From: Tubiluchus corallicola
Lineage: Eukaryota > Animalia > Priapulida
Length of the DNA: 64,000 nt
Assembly: GCA_030141605.1 (NCBI GenBank)
Contig: JAQGDQ010000120.1
Span: forward strand, 522,630-586,629
Direction: 5' to 3'
Position 1 is the first letter of the stretch. Each line of letters begins with the position of its first letter. Position numbers and translations under genes: made by a program. The notes beneath the pieces are model-generated. The model did no database searches. It saw only the letters and a program-made list of their open reading frames with translations, and was not told the DNA's origin. Shown piece after piece: positions 1 through 28,852 of the stretch.

Positions 1-124
1 AATAAACTAGATAAACTAATGAACAATTAAATACGTAATTGCATCACTATTGATAAAATGTTTATAATTTAATAGTAAATTAAAGAACATTAAAAAGTCC
101 AAAATGAGATTTTACAACACGTAA

Positions 125-540
125 AAACTAAAATGGCAGCTCAACAAAGTATGCTATGTAAAAGCAACTTATAGTTTGGAAAAACAAAAATGGAAACTCA
201 ACAATGTCTGCTATTTACAGGCAGCCTTTAGTACAAAAGAAATGAAATGGCCACTCAACAATGTATGTTATTTACTGGCAACCTGTAGTATGGAAAAACT
301 GAATGGTAACTCAACAACAGGTGCTACTCAATGGCAACAGATAGTATGGAATAACTGAAATGGCAGCTTAATGCTGCATGCTGTTTTACTGGCAACCTAT
401 AGTATGGAAAAACTGAAATGGCAACTCAAAAATGTATGCTATTTTTAGTGGCAACCTATAATACCGAAAAGCTGAAATGACAATGTCTATGTATACACTT
501 GCTGGTAATCTACAGTATGAAAAAGAACTGAAATGGCAAC
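125..540. repeat. ~57-bp minisatellite, ~7 degenerate copies
   Basis: The unit anchor (AATG, mostly AAATGG) recurs with its T at 134, 191, 248, 304, 361, 419, 478 and 534 (spacing 56-59). Approximate consensus AAATGGCAACTCAACAATGTATGCTATTTACTGGCAACCTATAGTATGGAAAAACTG. ORF 176-358 is a by-product of the repeat. Confidence 0.9.
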
Positions 541-1479
541 CATATACATAGTATTATATCTTTGTTAGACAGATATCAGAGGGCAATCTACGTATCTTAA
601 AACCTAAAATGTTGTTGCAAACCATAAACTACAAAAGCAAGAGCAGAACCTTGCTCTAACAGATCAATTTGTTGGGCGTTTTCGGCTCGGTGCTTTCGAG
701 TAGCCATTACAGGAAATTGTTTCAAGTTTTCGGATTAAACTCAACCGAACATTAGTCACAAACATCTAGACACAGGCTGCACAGTTTGGATTTGCACAGC
801 AAATTATAAATAAATTTGTATAAAGTTAAATAGGATGTTGCTACTTTACTAAACTACTTACAACACAAAATTTTGCTGTACTATATATATAAACAGACTA
901 AATTACACCAATTTTGGGCATAACACACAACAACTATGGCAGCACCCAAGATGTAAACTGTGTAGTTAGGCCGATATCTATAAACACATTAACATGTAAA
1001 CAAGATAATCACTGCATCATTTACAAAAAGAATGATCAAAAATCTATAGATCACACCCACTTGAGCAAACAAGTATTCATCTAACAAAAAAATAACAATA
1101 CAAATTACGCCTATATAAATTAGCACTACTGTATTGTCTTTACAATGATTAACAGAAAAGATGTTTTTTTTATTGATGCTGCAGGGGTTGTAAAATCTCC
1201 ATTTGTCAGAATTACTTGTGTTTAATTGTATATTTTGGTTTATGAAGTATACAGTTGACTAAAAGGTGTTTGATAGAAATTAACTGCTATTTTCTTCAAA
1301 CTGCATTGTGTATTTTGTTAGTTTGTTACTTTATTTAACACTTATGGCCTTAATTACGTTGAATTTTTTAAACTCCACCCATTCTCTCAGCATGTTAGAA
1401 TTTAGGTCATTTGTGAGATCATTTCCTATTTGTCAAAGGGATGCATGTGTTATTAAAAATCAATTATTTAATGTTAATA

Positions 1480-3660
1480 ATGTTTGTCAGACACATCATT
1501 CTTTTTTCAAGTTTGCCAAATTAAAAAAAAAGATAAGTTAATTCATTACTTAAAAAATTAATTAAAAACAATAGTGCTTGTACTTTTAAAAGGCTGGTGT
1601 TCTGTGGCAACTGACGATTAACAAGCATTTGGCTGGTTGCAATAATAAACCAACTTTTATAAAGTACAAAGTGGAAATTTCAAATTATATCAATATCTTC
1701 ATCTTATATGAATGTATGTCTAATAAAGATACAAAAATAAGTGTTTTTCAAAAAGCATATCTGTGTCATACTTTCGAAATGTTAATGCCTTACTACGTCA
1801 AAATGCAAAAAGGAAAATGAGAAAGAATGGAAGTGGGAAGGTAGGAATAATATGATATAAAGGAGAAGTAAAGAGAAAATATCATATGCTTCCTGTTGTT
1901 GAAGAGCAGCCTTAGATGAAAGATATATTACAAAGTGTAGAAACTCGTGATTTTACATTTTTTAACAAACATTAATTACTATATATATATATAGTGAGAC
2001 CCAGTGAGACCACAAGTAAACTTTTTTCATGATGCATACAATAATGAGACTACAAGCAAATTTTAGTTGCATGATAATTATAAAAGCTTTTAACTAAACA
2101 ATTAGGAAGAAACGAATCCACAAACAGATTTCTTCTAATTCATGCCAGGAAAAATTCTGCTGCACAAAGACATTTAACATTTGTTCGAAAGTCAGCATTT
2201 CAAAACAAATTCGTCAGACATGAATATCAATATTTTGTGTCCATTTAAAAAAAACAAGCTGCTTAATTAATTAAGAGACTAATTTAACATTAGTCTAATA
2301 CTAATCTTTGTATTTTAGAAGATCAGTGTTCAGTGGCAACTATTCATTTCAAGTATTTAATAAGCATTTGTCCGGTACAATAAAGGAGTAACTTTGAAAG
2401 TACACAGAGAAAGTTTACTACTAAATTTCGTAAGTGCGCTGAAGTGTTAAAAATTTCAAATTACATCAATACTTTCAGTTTATTTGAATGTATTTTTAAT
2501 AAAGATACGACATAATTCTTGTAGCGTTATCTGAAAACCATATCACCTTTTAAAGTTCTCCATACTACGCAAAAAAGGAAAAAGTTTAAAGAATAAAAGA
2601 AAAGGAGAAAGAAAAGAGGCGTAACAAAGGAAGAGGCGGTTAAAGAAAAAAAGGGGAATTATAATATTATGCTTCTATTGTTGAAAAATAACAAGAGTAA
2701 TTTATTTAGACAGAACATGGAAAGTGAAACACTTTGCACATTTAAAAGACCTGCAATAATTAATATTTTGTGCAGGTTATTATAACAGAAGAGGAGTTGT
2801 CATTCTGTACGTAGACGCCACTTCCCAAGAAGATTTTATTAAGGTATGATAGTTTTAAGTTCCAATAATGCTGAAGATAACTTTTGTGATTTTTTTCTGA
2901 CAATCTACATATAGGTTTTTTTTCTAATTCAAGCCAGAAAAACTTCCATGAAATCTTTGGACAAAAATATTTGATGTTATGATAATAGTCACTATTTCAA
3001 AACAAATTTATTACACATCTCCAACAACTATGTTAATTTTTGGCAATTTCTAAAAGAAAAATTTGCTAATTAATTAGTTAAAAGACAAATTTAAAACAGC
3101 CATGTTTGAATTTTAGCAGAATAATGTTCCATAGCTACTGATCATACAGATAGCTTAATAAGCATACGTCAGATAGCAACTAATAATGGACCAACTTTCA
3201 AAGTGCAAAGTAAAAATTCATGTTTAAATTTCACAAGTGCAAGATAGGTTGTAACAATTTAAATTGTCAAATGTTTTTTAATAAGAAAGGTATAACAAAA
3301 CTTCTGACAGCATTATCTGAAACTAACGTACATCACATTTTTTATCTTTTAACATAATACTACATAGAAAAAAGTGAACAAAAAGGAAAGGCAAAGAAAG
3401 AGGAAAGGAGATGGAAAAGGAAACAGTTTTATTGCCTTGTATTGCCAAAAATAACATTAGTGGTTTATTTACAAAGCACATGAAAATTGAAATCCTCCGC
3501 ATGTATAAAAGACTTACAATAACTTGAATTTTGCGCAGTTATTATAACAGTCATGCAGTCATCTTTCTGTACATAGATGTCACTTCTTAATACATAAACT
3601 GGATATATCTTTAAGTTTTTACATATCTTTCTGGCAATCCATAAATAGATTTTTTTTCAA
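1480..3660. repeat. Degenerate tandem triplication, ~750-800 bp unit
   Basis: Shared blocks in the same order in each copy, e.g. AAGCAT..CAAT/CTAATAA..AACTTT..AAAGT near 1624, 2362 and 3160, each followed by a purine-rich GA tract. TTCTAATTCA.GCCAG occurs near 2132 and 2922. Confidence 0.7.
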
Positions 3661-3994
3661 TTTCTCAATGAAGATAAAAAATTATAATGTCTTCTGATTA
3701 CACTTTTTGAATAGTGATTATAGCTAAAAGACAATTAAGCTAAAACGCCTTAGCAGAAATTATTATTACTGGTTTCATAATTAGTTGACATTTTTTCTTA
3801 TTGCTAAAATCTAAAACGTTTTTACACAAGCTTACCTGTCACTTTAGAAAATTTAATATGAATACTGCTTTTGAAAAATAATAGTAGTACTATACACTAA
3901 AAGCAATTTATTTCTATAAAAATAACAGTCTTTAATTTTTCCATTATCCAAGCACTAATCTCACAATGTATCAGTATTCTTTTTTTGTAAATTT

Positions 3995-5120
3995 TATGTA
4001 ATATATCTATTTTAAATATTTGCCATTAGCTTAAAAAATATTAGATACTAAACACTTACGAGTATTTAATATTGTACTTTATAGATCAAATGATAGTAAT
4101 CACTTGACATTTTGTTATAGTTTTCATTACAGTCAGATTTATCAACCAATAATTTTGTATTAGAATGTACTTTTGTTGGATTATTCCTACTTTCTTATAG
4201 TACTTACATTCTGTAAAACACTATGCAGATGTAACATTTTCCAGTCTTTGTCTTTAATGATTTGATTTTGTATGTCTTAAATAAACTGCAATAATTCTGG
4301 TATCTATTCAATGACATTAGTATACTTTATTTAAAAGAACAATTGATTTCCTCATCGTTGGTTTATCATTTCTTCCTAATTATATAGTTAAAAGCTTTTA
4401 AAATTATCAGACAACTAAAATTTATTTGTAGTATATTGTATGCACTTTTTTGCAATCACATTGGCTGTTGCAAATTTTTAACCCTATTTTTAAAACACCT
4501 TTATTGGAAATGCTGAAAAATACTTTTTGGGAATTTCATGTAATATACCCAATTTAAACATTCGCCATTAACTTGAAAAATATTGAGGACTTACTAAACA
4601 CCAAACAAGTACTTAATATTGCACTTTTTAGACAAATCATAATAATTACTGCTACCACGTGCCCTCACAATAACTTTTTTGTTTTACTTTTTATTATTGT
4701 CAAATTTATCAACCAATAATTTAAGTATTAGTTTGCTGTTTAGTTGGATTATTCCTAGTTTCTTACTGTAATTACATTCTGTAAAACACTATGCACCTGT
4801 AACTTCTTGCAATCTTTGTCTTTTATGTTTTGATTTTGCAGGTTTTAAAGATATAAGCTACAATAATTCTGGTAACTATTTAATGTATTCAGTATGCTTC
4901 ATGTAAAATAATAATAGATTTCTTCATCGTAGATTACCATTTCTTCCTAATTGTATAGTTAAAAGCTTTTATAATTATCAGACAACTAAAATTTGCTAGT
5001 AATATATTGTATGCATCATGAAAAAAAATTACTTGCAGTCTCATTGAGTTTTACAAATTTTTAAACTCTATTTTTAAAGCACCCTTATTGGAAATTAAAA
5101 AAAATGCTTTTTGGAAATTT
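3995..5120. repeat. Tandem duplication, two ~550-580 bp copies
   Basis: Long shared strings such as TTACATTCTGTAAAACACTATGCA (~4204 and ~4772) and TATAGTTAAAAGCTTTT..AATTATCAGACAACTAAAATTT (~4383 and ~4954). Confidence 0.9.
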
Positions 5121-8100
5121 AAATAAAGATATTGTTCATGTGCTGACTTTGATTAACAAATATGTGATTGAAGAAACAATTCATAAAAGCATATCAATAC
5201 AACTTATGATTGATTGGCTACATGCCCATAACTTTTAATGATATATTTTTAAGAAAAGGTGCAAAAAATAATACTTCTGTTGATTTCCAATTTAATTTTA
5301 TTCTGATAAACTATTTTTAATTAAATTAAATAATTTCAATTTCGTTTTAAATTTTTCATTAGGAACCACACAACTTATGGAAAGTTACCATGATATTGCT
5401 TGTTAAAGTCTCCAGTTGTAAAAATTAATTGAAAAGTCAATGTATACATGTTCACGCCTTGCTAACTTTGTTTGATAACAGCTTACACTGTGCTTACTAC
5501 AGAATATGTCACGAAAATATTAATGCGCTTATGTACGTATAAGAAATTAATGAAGTGCAAGCGAATGTAAATCAAATTTAATTAATTGATGATAAAGGAT
5601 AGTAGTAGTATCAAACAACCTAAAATGTGTAGTTATGTTTTTGCCACTAAAATTGATATAATACACCAAATATCTACTCCACAAGATGGCTGCCAATATT
5701 CAGTCAGCGAGACCATGCGAAAAAGAACATGAGAAATGCCGAAACGTCTACCAAGTGGCAAATAATATCGAATGTTAGGAAACAAAGTTAGAAGAAGAAG
5801 GTGTGAATCGCTAAGGTAGGAAAACCAATTGTGATTTCTTTCACAACTCCATAACAATTGATATTCACTACCAAAACAAAACACACAGAGCACCACACTG
5901 ATCCAGATATCGAGAAGCCTGATGATACGAAAAAACTTTCCAGACAACACCGATGGCGGAGAAGCCACAGATGGCTCAAAGCACAGCAAAAACTACACTG
6001 AACATTCAGCCTTCACTTTATGTGTCAAAAGAACACACACAGCTAGATTAGTTCTAAAGAAAAAGCCTCAAAATCCTGTCGTAACGACAAATTTAAGCAC
6101 AGAAAGTGAAACTGTTAATCTGGAAACTCCAGCTTGAGGCAGACAGACAGTTTCTACGCAGCAAAGGTACAGAGTATAGAAAAGAAGTATTGGATCAATG
6201 ATTTGCTAGGCTGCTGCTGCTGCCTACTCGGCTTCAGCAGAACTCCTACATGCGCAGCAGACGAATGACGACATAGATTTAAAATGTTATGAAATCTTTC
6301 AAACTCGAAGCCTCGCCATCACGCGGATTACTTCAATAACAATGAAACTTTACAAGCCATAAAATTTGCTTGTCCAACAGACAGAAAACTAGTATCAATT
6401 CCAATAGAAGACAAAGTAATAGGTCTGAAATGCAAAAAAACTGGCGACTTCCTTCAATGATCAATAAGTGTAAGAAATGTAACAGCTTCACCTTTCAAAA
6501 ACAGTGGTGAATTTTGCAAGTGGCAAATGAATGAATTGGAAAATTTTAGATGAAAACTTGTACCAGAGAGATGGCGCAAAAGTGAGTCAATCTTCAGAAA
6601 TCAAGTTTCAACAAATGTCGACTGTGAAAGCACGGTACGATTAAAAAATAATAAAATCTAAAAGGTAACCATAAAATTACACCTAATGGTTTAAAGGAAA
6701 TTTATAGTTCTGCTTTAACTACATCGTTAAAATGCAATTCTAAAGACAAAACAAAATCACAGTAATCATAACCACATACAATCATAACATCTTTAGATAT
6801 TTTACAGCCTTGTTTATAATAATTGAACCAAGTACAATAAAATGTATTTATAGTATAAACATAATTTGTTGCACCCATTAAATAAAACAAATTTAGATGA
6901 ACTATGCAAAATACAAATTACAGCAAAAATGAAGGAAATTACAAGTAGTAATAAAAGTTAGAAGCTTTTGCTTATTCCTGTGAATAAACATTAAAATGTT
7001 AGAAGAATTAACCAAAGATATTAGCACAACCCATAGTTTCATTTGTTTTTTAAGAAATTTACAAGTTTACAAGTTTACAAAAATAAAAAAACAGCCAAAA
7101 ATCTACAGGATATGCCTAATATAATTGATGCAATAATTATAATCCTTGTTTTCAAAGCTCGTATGTATGATAGGCTTTCTAGCTAATTAGAATTTACCAA
7201 AATATTATGATACCGAGGTAGTCAGACAAAGAACTGCAATTAACAATAGCTTGAACAAACACAAGCAAATGTATATTTTGTAACGTCCCAGTAACACAAT
7301 AATACATACTGATCTTAATAACTAGTACGGTTTGCACAATAACTTTTATGAGAATGCAAACACCCTTTAATGAAATACAGAGCATACTACAGTTCAACAA
7401 CATTCATGCTTATAATTTAAAGTGTTTGCTGAGAGGGAACATGACCTTTGAAATTTAATGTGCCGTAGCAGTTCTCAAATGAAACAAGTTTTCTGAAAAC
7501 TCGTTCCCTGCGACTGTACTGTTTTAATTAACTGTTTATTACCTTTTCCTCATTTGCATCGTGACTATGAGCTTGCCACTTACCTGTACTATTTTTGTCA
7601 TTCAGTATCATTTAAGATTACTGATTAAAAACTTTTCAAGTAAAAGTAGCTAAACAGAATTTGGCCACCCTTCCATGGCATCCTCACAGACCTGTACAAA
7701 CATGGAACTTCACTGTATGACTTGCAAAGATAAAAATTTACGTAACGGTGTGTCTCAACAAACCATTTTCTGCGGTAGATATAGGGTGAAATAGCCTTTG
7801 AGATCAGTAATGAAAGTAGAATATTTAGTTTTTGCTGTTAATTTCACCTTCCTTTCTTTTGGGTGGGTTTTGTAATTCTTCGTTCAAGGCACATTTTTAA
7901 TTTATAGTAAGCAATGACATAGAATTTTGGTGTTACCCTACTGATCTATTGCTAATGCACAATGTTTATGTTGCATTCTCTCAATATCTGCATTGCAGAG
8001 TTGTACAGTTACAAGGAAATTAGTTAAATATGAGAGACAATGTATTGATACAGACACTGCTTTTTTATTTCAGTGAATCAAAGTGAATATAGCCAATGGA

Positions 8101-8245
8101 AACAACTTCTGCAGATGCAACTTAAAACGAGCAGTCAGAAAAGTTTGTGTACGTGTGCATCTGTGTGGACGCAGTGGAAACGTGGCCCTAAATTGCAAAT
8201 CACATATAGTACTAGGCAGCCATATATTATGTTGCATTATGTTTC

Positions 8246-8276
<31 letters not shown>

Positions 8277-10456
8277 ATATACATTTTTAAATGTAGAACA
8301 AAGCATGTAATATGCAGACAGAACAAATTTTCGTAATTAATGATTCTGATAAATAAATAATGCAAGATACTTAATTAAAAACAACATTTTTTTGTTTTTC
8401 TGGAGCAACACTATGCAGATTTCATATTCCCAAGCTCTTTATATTGTAAAAGGATTCTTCAAAAATAGATGAAAGAATTTGAGATCTTGAACCTGTGAGG
8501 TTGCAACATTTGAAAAGTCGTTCACTGGGCATTGATTCATACCAGATTATGCATTTACAGTTTGCAAACACAATGAAAATGCACACATCTGATATGAAGC
8601 ATTGTCCACACTTCAACATCTCCTGATACATCGTCCAGTTTTGCTTTCCAAAGTGTAGCATAATCCTTGTATACTCTCTTGGTATGCTATTTCAGTATAA
8701 TGCAAAAATTGAGGTATATTTTAGCAGGTATACCAATTATCCTCAACAGTTTAGCTGCTTTAGCAGGCATACAAGTTGTTCTCTTGAAACAGCCTAATTA
8801 CACATTATTAAAAATTATACATATCAAGTTACAAACAGTAAAAACTAATTGTTCACATTATTCTCTGTACTTTTAGATATTAATATTTACCTTAGAGCAA
8901 TAAGACAGATGTAACCACTGCATATGCAACCGAGATGCCACCTGTGTTCACAAGTCAAAGAAAAAGGTGATCACAGCATGGTTCCCTGTTCCATACCAGT
9001 ACCAGTCATAATGACAAAACATCCTCAACTACACTGCTCAATACCTAGGCAGAGGTGCAATATGAAAAGTTTCATTTCAGTCTTAGTGAGCTTACAAGTA
9101 CTTTTATTAAATTGTTTATAAATTGTTATTAAATCTAGCTCCATACACACACTCTACATTATTTTAAGTTAGTACCAAGAAGGTACATTATACCAAGAAG
9201 TACCACAACAAGATCATGATAGGTCCAAAACAAACTTTGTTACTTACATTTGTACGGGTTATCGTGTTTTTGTTTAGATTTACAAAGTGATCTATAGAAA
9301 GTCTTAGCAAATGTACTGCACTTTTTGGTTTGGTTATTTTAGTATGATATGTATGCTACATTGCCCCTAAAATAAGGTTAAAAATTTGCCTGTACTAATT
9401 ACTTTACCATATTTTTGGACTGGGTCAACCACTTAAGAGAGTCAAGATACTAATGCTAATTCAATGCTAACTGTTAAGACACTAGTGATGACATTCATGA
9501 CCTTTTAATATAAAATCAGCTGCACAAATCAAGATTCAAGTATGATATGAAAAGCTATTCTTGGCAAGCAGACATAGAAAAACTTGAAAGCAAAACAAAA
9601 ACCAAGATAAAACTCACAAAATAGTCATCCCTGAAAAACTAGAGCATCAGTAATCCTAACAAATAATAAAATATTACCAGTTATTTGCTGTTCTAATCTT
9701 AAAATTATTCTAATTGAAAAATTAAGCAATAAAATATAGCGACTACACATAATCACGCTGAGAAGCAAAGGAATTCAAGCAACAAAGGAAGCAGAATAGA
9801 AGCTGAGTTGCACTGCTGGTTAGCAATATTGAAGATCATACCTCACATGACAGTGGTAATGGTATGCTATATGCTTTTAAGTACAACACGATAACATGCC
9901 ATACTCTGTCAGGAACGTGCTACCACCTGGAATCAGTGCTAATGTGTGCTTGTAACAGGTTGTCCACTAAAATACTGAAAGTTTTATAACTTGTTCTCAA
10001 ACTTAAAGATACAAAGGATAGACAATTTTTGTACCTGGAGAGAATTCCTGGCATTTCTGATGCTTAACTACAGAACCTTTTAAAAGCAAACTAAATGACA
10101 CATGCTAAAGCAGCAATAGGTCTTTGAATGTCTGTAAAATATCAAGCTGCTCAAGCTGTGGTGACTAGGCAAACAAAAACAAAGACATATGATTAACTTT
10201 ACAATGTTAGAAAGAAAACTGCAGGAAAGGCGGATAGTCTGCTATCATGTGTGAAACAGTTATTGACCCTCCAATTATGTTAGTGCTTAGTCTTGTGCTT
10301 CATCAATAAGTAAATTCCCTTGTTACAAATTGATTGCTAATTCGGTTTCACAGACAGTAATAAGTGCTGAACGGAATCAGTTTGCAGAGCAACCAACACC
10401 AAACTACTGAAGGACTAAAATCAGACTAATGTAGTCGTGATGTTCTTGCCACTTAC

Positions 10457-26896
<16,440 letters not shown>

Positions 26897-27109
26897 GATG
26901 GTTGTGTGTTGTAAACAACCTGGCGCATATAACTGAAAGCAAATTTTTGACTTTTAACACTCAGCAAAAGTTTTCGCGAGAAATTTTCTTTATATTTAAC
27001 CACGCACGATATACTAGAGCACCGTGTGGTTGTACAGATTTACACTTTGTTATTAAATTCATAAACGGTTACATACATATAATATTGGGTCACATATGCC
27101 TGGAGAAAA

Positions 27110-27170
27110 AAAATCGTGACGTCATTTCAGAAGCTTACACGTTTTTCCGTCTTGTTGCGCCATCTTTTAT
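27110..27170 (-). promoter_or_regulatory. Putative POLR2H promoter/5' end with CRE and YY1-type motifs
   Basis: TGACGTCA at 27117-27124 and AAGATGGCGC (minus) at 27157-27166. The stretch is locally CpG-rich and lies ~250 bp upstream of the ATG. Confidence 0.5.
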
Positions 27171-28486
27171 TTGATTTTTCACTTAAAATACCAATATTTA
27201 TATTGTAACATCACAATTTTATTTTTCGGAAAAAAAAATTATTATCGCACCTGATTTTATCTTTTTCAAAAATTCCAAAATTAAAAACTCAATATTTGTG
27301 GGCGAGCTGTACTTCTGTTACACATGTTCTTACCGACAACAAATTGTGCAGAAACAACTTGTATTATTTAAAAAAGTTTTTTTAATCACCCATAATTTAT
27401 GTTCAGAAATTTTATGACCTCTTATAATTAACAATGATGATACTGAAATAAAACAGTAAATTTGCTTTAGTACCACAATAAGAAGTTACATGGAAAAAGT
27501 TTAGTAATAAGACATTAAACAACAACAGTGCAGATTATTGCTAAATAAAAAACTTTCTGATGAAAATAAAGCATTCATCACCAGGATTAAACAAAGCAAC
27601 AACAATCATTGCACGATGGTAAAAATCACAGTTAACTGAAGTGAAAAATCACTCTAGCATGTTTTATGGCTTTGCGTTGTAACTAAGCGGTCCAAATCCA
27701 TTCCAAGTTTTTCATACGTGTATTTCCCATTTTTTACGCTTGGTTTCACAATTCAGTTAAGTGTAATTTGTACTATCATTAATAATAATCTTGACATTGT
27801 AAGATTATAAATAGCTAACGAATCATTGCAACTCGTTTTTTGCTACTTTTAACAGCATAATGTCATCATATTAGCTAAACCAAATATGTACTGCTGTTGA
27901 TGAGTTCTTTGCAGTTGAGATGCAAGTACATTGGGGAAAGAGTTGACCACATAGTGACAAAGAGTATCCAGCAGCCAAAGTTAACAACACTAGACCGGGT
28001 TAATAAACAGATCGATGGTCATGCCAAGAAAATCGCTGGTCGTGATTTCACTTGCCACAATTCTGTTTGAGGGAGAATCTGGACATCCAAACGTGGCTAA
28101 AACACCTTTGCCAGTTTAGTATTTTAGCTCAAAAATTATCCTTTAAAATGATGTATGTGTCAGTCTTGCCGCAGCTGGCACACATTATGTGCGCTTTGTT
28201 GCTGCGTGCTGGATATTGGAATGCACTATGCAAAGCAGTACAAAAAATATGCACATTCAATTATTTCAAACACAGTACACCACCTAGACACCTTTAGCGA
28301 TATCACAATAAATAACAAAATATCACTTTTAGACAAAAATTACCCAAAATCTCAGTTTTCCAACATAGCTGAGTAGTTCTACAGAAACCAATAATCCAAC
28401 AAACCATGTGCTTTCTTTCCCATGTAAATGAAACACTGCTTTCCATGGACTCTGTTAATATTATTGTTTGCATGATCTCTATGCTG

Positions 28487-28852
28487 TTATTTAGGGCACA
28501 AAGGAAGATTATGTGAAGAAGTCACAATGACTTCTTGCAATACAGAGGAATTTGAGTTGTCTTCAAGTTCTGTGTTCACCTGAGCTTCCAGACTAGCAGT
28601 AATGACATCTAGAAACACGTCATACTGTTGGTCCAAACCAACGTATGAATCACTCATGATAAACAATGTGTATATTGCTCGCCGCGGTGTCTCTGGTGTA
28701 AAGAAAACTAGCGGAACAGTAGTCCTATTTCGCAAAACCCCAATCCGTTTTAAAGCCAATAATTCTTTGGAATCCACATCGCCCAATATAAGAAACCAGC
28801 CTTCATCTTTAGGTTTGGGAAACAATGGTGCATGAGCCTTTGCATCCGTTTT
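28487..28852 (-). CDS. ASCC3: ASCC3 coding exon 23 (terminal)
   Basis: [24 protein letters not shown]...GLDQQY...; TAA at 28487-28489. Confidence 0.92.
   Translation of the reverse strand, partial: KTDAKAHAPLFPKPKDEGWFLILGDVDSKELLALKRIGVLRNRTTVPLVFFTPETPRRAIYTLFIMSDSYVGLDQQYDVFLDVITASLEAQVNTELEDNSNSSVLQEVIVTSSHNLPLCPK

Noticed and set aside
125-540. CRISPR-like periodicity / ORF 176-358
   Set aside because: The whole unit is repeated with no unique spacers, there are no cas genes, the context is eukaryotic, and the ORF is a repeat by-product.
5633-5989. 118-aa minus-strand ORF as a POLR2H last exon or membrane protein
   Set aside because: No similarity to the RPB8 C-terminus, non-ATG start, and composition typical of the antisense of A-rich DNA.
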